64,000 nt of DNA from an uncultured Clostridia bacterium (lineage in GTDB: Bacteria > Bacillota > Clostridia > Oscillospirales > CAG-272): NCBI GenBank assembly GCA_944391815.1, contig CALXUV010000075.1, forward strand, positions 920-64,919. The letters run 5' to 3'. The position numbers and the translations under genes are program-made. Below are positions 1 to 7,237 of this stretch, piece after piece; within the stretch, counting starts at the first letter, position 1, and each line of letters starts with the position of its first letter. The notes below the pieces were generated by a model that was given only the letters and a program-made list of their open reading frames with translations, was not told the DNA's origin and ran no database searches.

Positions 1-1121
1 CCGCTGTCCTCGTGCAGTTTCATCGCTTCCCGGATGATGTCATTCTTGATCGATTTGAATTCTTTGTTCTGCGACAGCGGAATCTTCGGCGGCATTTCCG
101 AGGTGTAGGTGCGGAGTATCTCATACTTTTTCTCATACCAAAGGTCATAAAGCCTTGATATATTTTCATCCTCCGCCAGCAGATCGACGATGGAATCGAT
201 CAGATCCTTGACATCTCTTTTGAGATATCCATACACCTTTTTGCCCTTGGTGCGGGACAGTTTATCGGAAAGCAGAAGAAGTTTCTGCTCCGCTTCGGGG
301 TTACTGTACTTGTTTTCCGAAATCTTTTGCAGAATTTCATCGAGCATTGCTTTCCAATCTTTCTTTAACAGATCCCGCCTGTCGGTCTGTTCACGGAAAA
401 CAAATTTCAATTCGTCACGAAAAATATCGTTGCCAAGGGCGGAACGCATATTGTTGATGCCTTGTTTTGTGAGATACCCGACGCTCGGATCATCACAATA
501 CGCAAGCAAATGAATGTGCGGATGGTGTGCTTCATTATGAAATGCCGCATACCATTTCAGTTCGGACAGCGGAATCTTGAGTGCATCGGCAAGTTCACTT
601 GTGTGCGCACGGAGCATTTCCCGCCATGATGCGGCGTTGTCAAAGCTGAGTCGTTCGGCATCTTCCCGACGCAAAGACACGATCATTGTCCACATATTGC
701 CCTCATGACGATTCAGTTCTGCGGATACCTGCGAGAGGACGATCTCCTCACCATCATTTGAAAACAACCCGTGTCTGCCGAGCTTTTCCGCACGGGGACG
801 GGTTGCAATGTAGTCTGCGTAGGTAGAAACCGCCGTTGCCGCCTGGAAGTTATCCTCAATGGCACGGTACAAAAACTCGGAAGCGTTCTCGGCAGTCGGA
901 CTTTTGATGTAGTCATCGTATTCCAACATTTCGGCGCAGTCGGGAAAATCCTTCAGCAATTTTTCAATGAGTTGCTTCTGTCCGAGCGTGGAAGGCAGAT
1001 CTTTCTTGCTGTCGGGAAGCAACTCCGCACCGTTTCGGAGTGCGATATACTTGGCATATCCGCCGAAGTTTTTGCCGTGATGCGGCTTGTAGTATTTGAA
1101 TTTGGTTACGAGTCTTGCCAT
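1..1121 (-). CDS. Relaxase/mobilisation nuclease (MobA/VirD2-type), N-terminal 373 codons; the 3' end runs off the window
   Basis: Absent from the ORF track because it is open to the window edge. My reverse-strand translation from ATG 1121-1119 is stop-free down to position 1 (MARLVTKFKYYKPHHGKNFGGYAKYIALRNG ... AAFHNEAHHPHIHLLAYCDDPS ...). HNEAHHPHIH is the histidine-triad type motif of MOB relaxases. The start overlaps the upstream small gene by 16 nt. Confidence 0.8.
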   Translation of the reverse strand, partial: MARLVTKFKYYKPHHGKNFGGYAKYIALRNGAELLPDSKKDLPSTLGQKQLIEKLLKDFPDCAEMLEYDDYIKSPTAENASEFLYRAIEDNFQAATAVSTYADYIATRPRAEKLGRHGLFSNDGEEIVLSQVSAELNRHEGNMWTMIVSLRREDAERLSFDNAASWREMLRAHTSELADALKIPLSELKWYAAFHNEAHHPHIHLLAYCDDPSVGYLTKQGINNMRSALGNDIFRDELKFVFREQTDRRDLLKKDWKAMLDEILQKISENKYSNPEAEQKLLLLSDKLSRTKGKKVYGYLKRDVKDLIDSIVDLLAEDENISRLYDLWYEKKYEILRTYTSEMPPKIPLSQNKEFKSIKNDIIREAMKLHEDS

Positions 1122-1516
1122 CTGATCGCTTCATCCAGGCACATGGTTCCGTTGATTCTCTTGACCTCATCCTCGCAGGTCTCCCGCAGGGCGCGCACAT
1201 CTTCTGGAGAGAATTTGTTCGTTGCCGCAAGAATGTTGAGGAGCAGAGAGAGTTCCACTGCCACACGGTATGCCTGTCTGCTCTGCCGGAATTCGCTCTC
1301 CCGCACGATACTTTTGAGTGTGGAGATCACCACTTTCGGCAGATACCCAGGGTTCTTTTCGTTTGCCACATAGCCGCTGTAAAACACGATGGCTTTGGAG
1401 ATGTACTCGCTCAGGCTCTTGCAGTTATCCTGTTGATACCACTGACGAGCCATGTCAAGCACGGACGATTCCGCATAAAGGCGGAAACAATCCTTTTTCT
1501 TTTTTTCTTCTGTCAT
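1106..1516 (-). CDS. Putative relaxosome accessory protein (MobC/ribbon-helix-helix-like by position)
   Basis: 136 codons from ATG 1516, with AAGGAG 8 nt upstream; the track ORF begins 9 nt earlier at GTG. The stop overlaps the relaxase start, and the oriT-like repeats lie immediately upstream. The family is assigned from context, not from a recognised motif. Confidence 0.5.
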   Translation of the reverse strand: MTEEKKKKDCFRLYAESSVLDMARQWYQQDNCKSLSEYISKAIVFYSGYVANEKNPGYLPKVVISTLKSIVRESEFRQSRQAYRVAVELSLLLNILAATNKFSPEDVRALRETCEDEVKRINGTMCLDEAIRWQDS

Positions 1517-1541
1517 AATAATCACTCCTTTATAAAATTAA

Positions 1542-1631
1542 GTGTAGCCTACCGAAAAGTGCCTTGTTATCGGCACGATTTCAACTTGTAGCCTACACTT
1601 TTTTTGAGATTTTGATTTTTAGCCTACAGTG
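1542..1631. repeat. Three direct copies of (G)TAGCCTAC upstream of the relaxosome genes; candidate oriT
   Basis: GTAGCCTAC occurs at 1544-1552 and 1588-1596, and TAGCCTAC at 1620-1627, all in the non-coding stretch just upstream of the accessory/relaxase operon. Confidence 0.4.
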
Positions 1632-1652
1632 TCAGAATAGACATATCGGCTT

Positions 1653-1688
1653 GAAAAGGCGAGGAAACGGGGCGAAAAGGCGAGGAAA
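1653..1688. repeat. Perfect 15-nt tandem-like direct repeat GAAAAGGCGAGGAAA x2 (iteron-like)
   Basis: Copies lie at 1653-1667 and 1674-1688, with starts 21 nt apart, in the non-coding region next to the oriT-like repeats. Confidence 0.5.
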
Positions 1689-2024
1689 AGCGGTCGGCTC
1701 TGCCGTCCGATGTGATCATGAGGGCGGGCTTAGCCCGGACTCTTTCTCCTGCTTGAAAATCGACCTTGCATCTGACTGCTCGTCACGTCAATTTACACAC
1801 CCCATTTCTCGCAATTTTCGCTCATTTGGGTTTGTGCCGCTTCCATTCACATCGCTCAAAAAGCCCCGCAAACCGCTTTTGCGCATCGAGCGAGCGTTGA
1901 CTCGCATCAATGGTCAAACGCCGAAAAAACGCCCGATTTGCGGGCGTGTGGCGAGCATAACAACAGCTCCTTGATTCTTTTTCAAAACCAAAGAGCCGTG
2001 TTGTCATTTGAGTGAAAGCAAAAA

Positions 2025-2046
2025 CCGCACCTCATGTGAGGTGCGG
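2025..2046 (-). terminator. Rho-independent terminator after the HipA-like gene
   Basis: A CCGCACCTCA-TG-TGAGGTGCGG hairpin is followed on the minus strand by a T-run (TTTTTGCTTTC), 20 nt past the stop at 2066. Confidence 0.7.
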
Positions 2047-2065
2047 TAATCTTCGATTCAGTTGT

Positions 2066-3226
2066 TCAGTGCAAAGTCCGTCCACAGGCAATGTCGCCGA
2101 GCAATTCAATTCGTGTCCGGAGGGCATTTGCCAGTGTTTCTACACGCACGGGTTCCAGGTATTCGGATTTTCCGTACAGTTCTCTTGCATAGTCCTCGAT
2201 GCCATCAAGAGCGGACAGATCCAGCCACGAGAAGTCGGTGACAAGCGTCAGGTTCTCTGTGGGATTCTTCTTCCACAGCGGTGTTTTGATGTTGCTGTCA
2301 TCGTCCGCGTGCATCTCTCCTATGACACGGTTGAACCACATGGAGTTACCGTTGTCGTAAAGCGGTGCAGTGCCGATCCATTCCAGCGTGACCGCATTGC
2401 GGATCAGTCCGAAGTTGTTCAGATGCCGATCCTCATTGACAATGAGATAATCAAGCACAAGCATCTGTTCCAACTTTTTGCGTGCGTCGGTAATGCCGAG
2501 TGTTTCACAACACTCGATATAGAATTCATATTCCGATTGTTCGTTTCTCTTTTTGAAAGCACTCATCACCTGCGCCGCCGCTACCAGGTCGGTTTCAGGG
2601 GTAATAAAGTCCTCACATCCGGAACAGATTTCACCGTGTTCGGGAATCAGCGTATAAGGCACACGGGAAATGCCAAGCCGTTTGGCAATTTCGGACGCCA
2701 GCACTTCGTTATAGGCTTCCTGACGATAGGGCGCACTGGAATCCTTGAGGAGCACCCGCTTGCCATCGATGATCTTCCACTTCTTTTTAAGATTACCGTT
2801 TGCCGTATTGTCAGGGGAGACAAGGCTTGCACTGTCGGAGCTTCTGCCTTTGCCGAACAGGATGTTGCCGATGTCCTCCGAAAAAGCATTTTCAAAGAAA
2901 TTTACCCGATGCCAATCCAGTGGCTGATCGGTCGGAGAGATCCAATACTGATCGGACAGACTCAGACCAAAGCACTTTTCGATCAGCTCCTGCGGGGAGG
3001 ACAACTCAAGTTCCTCCAGTACATCGCGGATGCCTTTACGGCTCGCAGGAATAGAACGCTTTGTCCACCAGCGGTTGAGGGCTTTCCGTTCTACGCCGAT
3101 TTTGTTATAGGTGCCGAGCGGCAGATGCTCTGCATGATGAATTCTGCCAAGTGAGATGATGTTTGAATATTCGTCAAGTTTCAATTCCATGACCGGAACA
3201 TCACGGTGCATAAGCGTGTACAGCAT
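2066..3226 (-). CDS. HipA-like serine/threonine kinase domain protein (toxin-type kinase family)
   Basis: 386 aa with an AAGGAGG RBS. The C-terminal core contains LDYLIVNEDRHLNNFG, matching the HipA_C catalytic D-x-H-x-x-N pattern. The 380-aa plus-strand ORF opposite it is a mirror artefact. Confidence 0.75.
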   Translation of the reverse strand: MLYTLMHRDVPVMELKLDEYSNIISLGRIHHAEHLPLGTYNKIGVERKALNRWWTKRSIPASRKGIRDVLEELELSSPQELIEKCFGLSLSDQYWISPTDQPLDWHRVNFFENAFSEDIGNILFGKGRSSDSASLVSPDNTANGNLKKKWKIIDGKRVLLKDSSAPYRQEAYNEVLASEIAKRLGISRVPYTLIPEHGEICSGCEDFITPETDLVAAAQVMSAFKKRNEQSEYEFYIECCETLGITDARKKLEQMLVLDYLIVNEDRHLNNFGLIRNAVTLEWIGTAPLYDNGNSMWFNRVIGEMHADDDSNIKTPLWKKNPTENLTLVTDFSWLDLSALDGIEDYARELYGKSEYLEPVRVETLANALRTRIELLGDIACGRTLH

Positions 3227-3270
3227 AAGATATCCTCCTTTCCTTGCGATACTGTTTTTATTATACCATT

Positions 3271-3294
3271 TTTCTCTTGAAATTGCAAGAGAAA
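3271..3294. promoter_or_regulatory. Palindrome TTTCTCTTG-N6-CAAGAGAAA upstream of the HipA-like gene; possible operator
   Basis: 9-bp perfect inverted arms at 3271-3279 and 3286-3294, 45 nt upstream of the start codon at 3226. Confidence 0.35.
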
Positions 3295-3630
3295 TACGGC
3301 GAATTGATGCTACGACTGAAATATTATTTGGACCGCACGCATTTTGAAGCAGATGATTCCGACAGTTGTATCTCTCTGCGCAGGCAATGCGTGCGGACTG
3401 CCACAGGGGCTGAGAATGGGGCGATTTTGGCGAGCTTCTAATCGGATTTCTAAAAAATCGGTTAGACTTTTGTTAGAAGCGGGGCGGTGCGCAAAAGTAC
3501 CGTGACATCAGGCTTTTTCGCAAAGTTGCCTTCAAAACCGTTGAAAATGCGGTCGATCCGGGGCAAACGGACGATTTTAACTTCTTTTATCTGCTCACAA
3601 AATATCGCAACGTATCAGGAGGTTATGACA

Positions 3631-3686
3631 CTCGAAATCAGTTTGCGAGCAATCGCACGCGGGTTCGAATCCCGCCCTCTCCGCCA
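3631..3686 (+). pseudogene. 3' fragment of tRNA-Ser (anticodon-loop-like CTCGAAA, long variable arm, T-arm, acceptor 3' strand, G73, CCA); probable att-site remnant, not a complete tRNA
   Basis: Variable arm TGCGA-GCAA-TCGCA, T-arm GCGGG-TTCGAAT-CCCGC, then CCTCTCC-G-CCA. No complementary GGAGAGG 5' acceptor strand, D-arm or paired anticodon stem is present in the roughly 90 nt upstream. Confidence 0.7.
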
Positions 3687-3690
3687 CCAA

Positions 3691-3726
3691 GACTGATGAT
3701 TTGATACAAAATTATCAGTCCTTTTT
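3691..3726 (+). terminator. Hairpin plus T-run immediately after the tRNA-Ser 3' end
   Basis: GACTGATGAT (3691-3700) pairs 9/10 with ATTATCAGTC (3711-3720) and is followed by CTTTTT. This fits the native terminator of the tRNA gene, i.e. the chromosomal side of the junction. Confidence 0.6.
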
Positions 3727-3767
3727 CATGAAACTAATTACATTATATATTTTTGCTAGGTGAAAAA

Positions 3768-4088
3768 ATGGTCGTATTTATTACTATTCTTATTCTAATC
3801 GAAATGGTGATAATGGGCTTTTTGTGCAAGAAAATGAGAGAAAGCAAAGGATATTACGGTGGATTTTGGGTCGGATTTCTCTTTAATTTGTTAGCGTTAA
3901 TCTATTTCGCCGGATTACCAGATTTGAATTTACATACTAAAATAGATAGATTACTAAAAACTGACATATCAAAACCAACAGCTTACCAAATATCTAATTT
4001 TGTCGCCAATCATATTGGTCGATGTGATAAATGTAACACGACGATAGAAAATTATCCATGCCCACACTGTGGATTTACCCCAAAATAA
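3768..4088 (+). CDS. Small membrane protein with a C-terminal zinc ribbon
   Basis: 106 aa from ATG 3768 with an AGGTGA RBS. Two hydrophobic helices (VVFITILILIEMVIMGFL, FWVGFLFNLLALIYFAGL) are followed by CDKC...CPHC. Confidence 0.55.
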   Translation: MVVFITILILIEMVIMGFLCKKMRESKGYYGGFWVGFLFNLLALIYFAGLPDLNLHTKIDRLLKTDISKPTAYQISNFVANHIGRCDKCNTTIENYPCPHCGFTPK

Positions 4089-4337
4089 TTTAACTTTATG
4101 TTTATCTATTTGTTCTCGGCCATATACATCCAAAAAACGAATTTGTCCCAGGAAATTCATTGTTTTATAAATATGTTGGTTGGTGGGATTTTGAAAGCAA
4201 TATTTGTGATAGATATATTTTTTGGAAAGAATATTTTAAAAGGCAAGAATAATCTGAAGATTTGACAAAAAGAGCGATGTAGTAACTTTGGATATGATTA
4301 TTATTAGTGCATTTATTGATTTTTGGGGGTAAATATT

Positions 4338-4418
4338 ATGTACGAAATAATGAAAGTTAATTTACACGCCTATATTTATGTAGCAGCATTTGCACAAACC
4401 AGAATTGACGAAGTTTAA
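4338..4418 (+). CDS. Candidate 26-aa small ORF (MYEIMKVNLHAYIYVAAFAQTRIDEV)
   Basis: Found by my own translation; it is below the track cutoff. GGGGGT lies 8 nt upstream of the ATG, and a TTGAAA-17-TATATT promoter-like pair sits at 4191-4219. There is no homology evidence. Confidence 0.25.
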   Translation: MYEIMKVNLHAYIYVAAFAQTRIDEV

Positions 4419-4539
4419 TATATAAAAAGTCAACGAAAAAAATGAAGATCGGAAAAGACACAACTTTTTCAAAAAAACTGACAAAAATAATTTTAAAAGA
4501 AAAAAACAACTAAAAATTGCATTGAATGTACAAATTCAT

Positions 4540-5859
4540 TTAAAAAATATTCGGTGCAATTTTTCTTTTTATATTACTTCGGTAAACCATATTCACGCCA
4601 AAGAAAAATATCGTTCGTAACGGATGTCTTAAAATCCTTTTATTGAAAACAGTACGCTTCAATATGGCTCTGACTGTGTAAAGCTCCTTATATACACGCC
4701 AGTATTGTTCAGTGATCTCTTCAGCTGTAAAGTTGGGCGTATTATTCACTGACTTTGACGGACGGTACTCGAGAAAATTACTGTCTGTAACCGAACCTCG
4801 TGCGTTCATTTCCTTATTCAAAGGTGTTCCCGGAATTGGGGTGAGACAGTAAAATTTAGGCGCTATTATGTTACTTTTTTTAACGAATTCTACCGTGTCG
4901 TTCAGTGTTTTTTCAGTATCTGTATCAAGTCCTATTATCATCTCGCTTGCAACTTCAATCCCGGCGGAATTTACTTTTTTTATGATACGAAGATACTCAT
5001 CGGGATCAGCCCAAGTTTTATTAATTTCCTTTAACCCGTCTTTGACAATTGTCTCAAGGCCAAAGCTCAGTACATAACAACCGCTTTCCGCCGTTTCCTT
5101 CAGCAGTTGATCATCGTCTGCTATCTGTATAGCGCACTGACTCATCCAGCGCATTTTCAGCGGTTTTATCTTCCGGCAAAGTTCAAGCATATAATCCCGG
5201 TCTGATACAATATTGTCATCCACAAGCAAAAACTCTTTGAATCCAAGTGATTTTATGTATTTTATATCTCTGATCACTTCGTCGACTTTCCTACGCAGAT
5301 ATCTACCTTTGTAAAGACAGGAAATAGTACAGAATTTACATGTGTTGGGACAACCTCTGCCAGCCTGAACAGGCAGAAAATGTCCTATTTTCTTATTTAC
5401 AACCAAATCATATCTGGGAATCGGATACGATAATTTTTCAAGCGGTTTTTCATAAAAAGGTTTTAACCGGTTATTCTCAATATCAATACAAAGCTCCCTT
5501 ATCGTTTCTTCCGAATCGCCGATCATTACGCTGTCACAATACTCTTTTGCTGTTTCAGGTATCAGGCTGACCATTGGTCCACCCATAAACACTATCTTTC
5601 CGCGCTTTCTGAATTCAACTGCAATGTCTTTTGCTCGTCTCGCTGCGTGACCGACGCCGCCAATTCCGATAACATCACAGTCTGTATCGAACGGAACATC
5701 TTCAATTACCTCAAGACAGATTTCACATGACCATCCCTCCGGCAGCAAAGCTGCAAGAAGAGGATGAGCAAGTCCGACAAAATATAATTTATTCTTTTTA
5801 AGAAGTTTTCCTTCGTCATCATATATCGTCGGTGAAATAAAAAGTATTTTTTTGTTCAT
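4540..5859 (-). CDS. B12-binding domain radical SAM protein (class B rSAM, DUF4070-like C-terminus)
   Basis: 439 aa with an AAGGAG RBS. It has an N-terminal Rossmann-like cobalamin-binding pattern (DVIGIGGVGHAARRAKDIAVEF...VFMGGPM) and the rSAM cluster motif GRGCPNTCKFC. It is the last gene of the cassette. Confidence 0.85.
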   Translation of the reverse strand: MNKKILFISPTIYDDEGKLLKKNKLYFVGLAHPLLAALLPEGWSCEICLEVIEDVPFDTDCDVIGIGGVGHAARRAKDIAVEFRKRGKIVFMGGPMVSLIPETAKEYCDSVMIGDSEETIRELCIDIENNRLKPFYEKPLEKLSYPIPRYDLVVNKKIGHFLPVQAGRGCPNTCKFCTISCLYKGRYLRRKVDEVIRDIKYIKSLGFKEFLLVDDNIVSDRDYMLELCRKIKPLKMRWMSQCAIQIADDDQLLKETAESGCYVLSFGLETIVKDGLKEINKTWADPDEYLRIIKKVNSAGIEVASEMIIGLDTDTEKTLNDTVEFVKKSNIIAPKFYCLTPIPGTPLNKEMNARGSVTDSNFLEYRPSKSVNNTPNFTAEEITEQYWRVYKELYTVRAILKRTVFNKRILRHPLRTIFFFGVNMVYRSNIKRKIAPNIF

Positions 5860-5872
5860 CCGTTTTTTCTCC

Positions 5873-7237
5873 TTATTTTGGGAAAATCATCAGTTTAATG
5901 TACTGTAAGGCAATTCTTATGGCACCATTCCGTACTCGCACATATATCTCATTTCCGTACTTTTGCCTTATAAATATTCTCTGTTTTCTACTTGCCGATG
6001 TTTTCAGATATGCTCGGAGAATGTGGTAATAATACCGCCTTTTGCTCATGTATTTCGGTACAAAAACCACATGCGCCATATCCCAGCAGGCATAATCATC
6101 TCTTTTTACAGTTATTTTATCGGGATATTCTTCGAACAACGGGGTTCCCGGCATAGGGGTTACCGGTTGAATGTTCACCATTGGATGTTCAAAAGAATTC
6201 AAATAGTTTATAAGGTTATCAAAATCGGCTTTCTTCCAATCTTCACCGACTATCAAACCGCTGTAACATTGCAAACCATTTCTTTCGAGAATTTTAACTG
6301 CCCTGATGTTCTGCTCTACTGACGCTTGTTTATGATATCCATTCAGTTCATCTTTTTTAAAAGATTCAATTCCCACGAAAAAAGCTTCAAAACCATGATT
6401 ATGCAACATAATAATAATGTCTTCGTTTTGTTCAATGAAATCAGCACGTCCGAAAGCTATGTAATGTTTTTTTATATTCCGTTCATCAAGTCCTTTGCAG
6501 AACTCGGTAATTCTTTCTCTTGATACAAGAAAATTGTCATCTACAATGAACACATTATTTTCTTCAATTTCTTCAAGTTCATCCAGAACATCTGTTAGTT
6601 TTCGGGTACTGTATTCACATATTTGTGTGCAAAAGCAAAATTTACACTTATACGGGCATCCAAAAGAAGTTTTAATAGTCGCACAATTATTGTGGTAGAT
6701 ATAATTATAATGTGAACGATATTTTTGTGTTATTTTGCGATCGGGTCGGAACGGTATGTCGTTTATTACTTCAGGTTTATCTGTACCTGCTATATATATT
6801 CCCGGTATTTGTTTTTTTTCTGTGACAGATAGTCCATGGTCAACTATCTCCAACAATGTTTTTACACCGTTAGCCCGAAGTATAAAATCTATGTTTTCAT
6901 CAACAAAATCTTCCGGCACAACCTCAGCGTGAACTCCCCCAACCGCTGTCCTTATATCCGGATTGTATTTTTTTACAATCTGCGCATATTTTTTTACACT
7001 CCCCACTGTTGTTATGTATGCCGTGAAGCACACCATATCATAGTGTTTTTTCTTCAGGAAAGTCATAAGCGGCTTCTTTTCGATAAGCATGTCAACAAGA
7101 TCAACCTGTACACCCTTTGACGTCAGAGCTGCTGCAACGTATTCAAGTTCAAGTGGTTCACATATCATAAAACTTTGAAGATTTATTGATTGTTTTGGAG
7201 TGTCAGGTCTTACAAGAAGGATACTCAACTGTTTCAT
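5873..7237 (-). CDS. B12-binding domain radical SAM protein (class B rSAM)
   Basis: 454 aa from ATG 7237, with AGGAGA 8 nt upstream; the track ORF starts 27 nt earlier without an RBS. The N-terminus is B12-binding-like (DMVCFTAYITTVGSVKKY...AVGGVHAE) and the rSAM motif is FGCPYKCKFC. Confidence 0.85.
   Translation of the reverse strand: MKQLSILLVRPDTPKQSINLQSFMICEPLELEYVAAALTSKGVQVDLVDMLIEKKPLMTFLKKKHYDMVCFTAYITTVGSVKKYAQIVKKYNPDIRTAVGGVHAEVVPEDFVDENIDFILRANGVKTLLEIVDHGLSVTEKKQIPGIYIAGTDKPEVINDIPFRPDRKITQKYRSHYNYIYHNNCATIKTSFGCPYKCKFCFCTQICEYSTRKLTDVLDELEEIEENNVFIVDDNFLVSRERITEFCKGLDERNIKKHYIAFGRADFIEQNEDIIIMLHNHGFEAFFVGIESFKKDELNGYHKQASVEQNIRAVKILERNGLQCYSGLIVGEDWKKADFDNLINYLNSFEHPMVNIQPVTPMPGTPLFEEYPDKITVKRDDYACWDMAHVVFVPKYMSKRRYYYHILRAYLKTSASRKQRIFIRQKYGNEIYVRVRNGAIRIALQYIKLMIFPK

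Larger units (their letters stand above)
1..3690. mobile_element. Right-hand end of an integrated mobilisable element (relaxase, accessory gene, oriT-like repeats, HipA-like cargo). Bounded on the right by a tRNA-Ser 3' fragment; the left part lies outside the window.
   Basis: A relaxase gene set sits directly upstream of an orphan tRNA-Ser 3' half in the same orientation. 60-nt lines counted by eye give about 43-58% GC here, versus about 45% in core genes and about 32-38% in the adjacent patch. Confidence 0.6.

Noticed and set aside
1564-1974. 136-aa plus-strand ORF in the element's non-coding region
   Set aside because: It lies across the oriT-like and iteron-like repeats, is Arg/Gly/Ser/Pro-rich, and has no RBS or recognisable domain.
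2012-3154. 380-aa plus-strand ORF opposite the HipA-like gene
   Set aside because: It is a mirror-frame artefact. It has no RBS and its composition is low-information. The minus-strand frame carries the recognisable HipA_C motif, a strong RBS and a terminator.
3596-3686. Possible complete tRNA-Ser gene, and the 69-aa ORF 3487-3696 drawn over it
   Set aside because: Only the 3' portion folds (variable arm, T-arm, acceptor 3' strand). There is no GGAGAGG 5' acceptor strand, no D-arm and no paired anticodon stem. I therefore report it as a fragment; the ORF is spurious.
4098-4513. Other small plus-strand ORFs in the AT-rich gap: 55 aa at 4098-4265 and 23 aa at 4442-4513
   Set aside because: Neither has a Shine-Dalgarno sequence. 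In AT-rich sequence, open frames of this length are expected by chance. Only the 4338-4418 ORF has an SD, and even that is low confidence.
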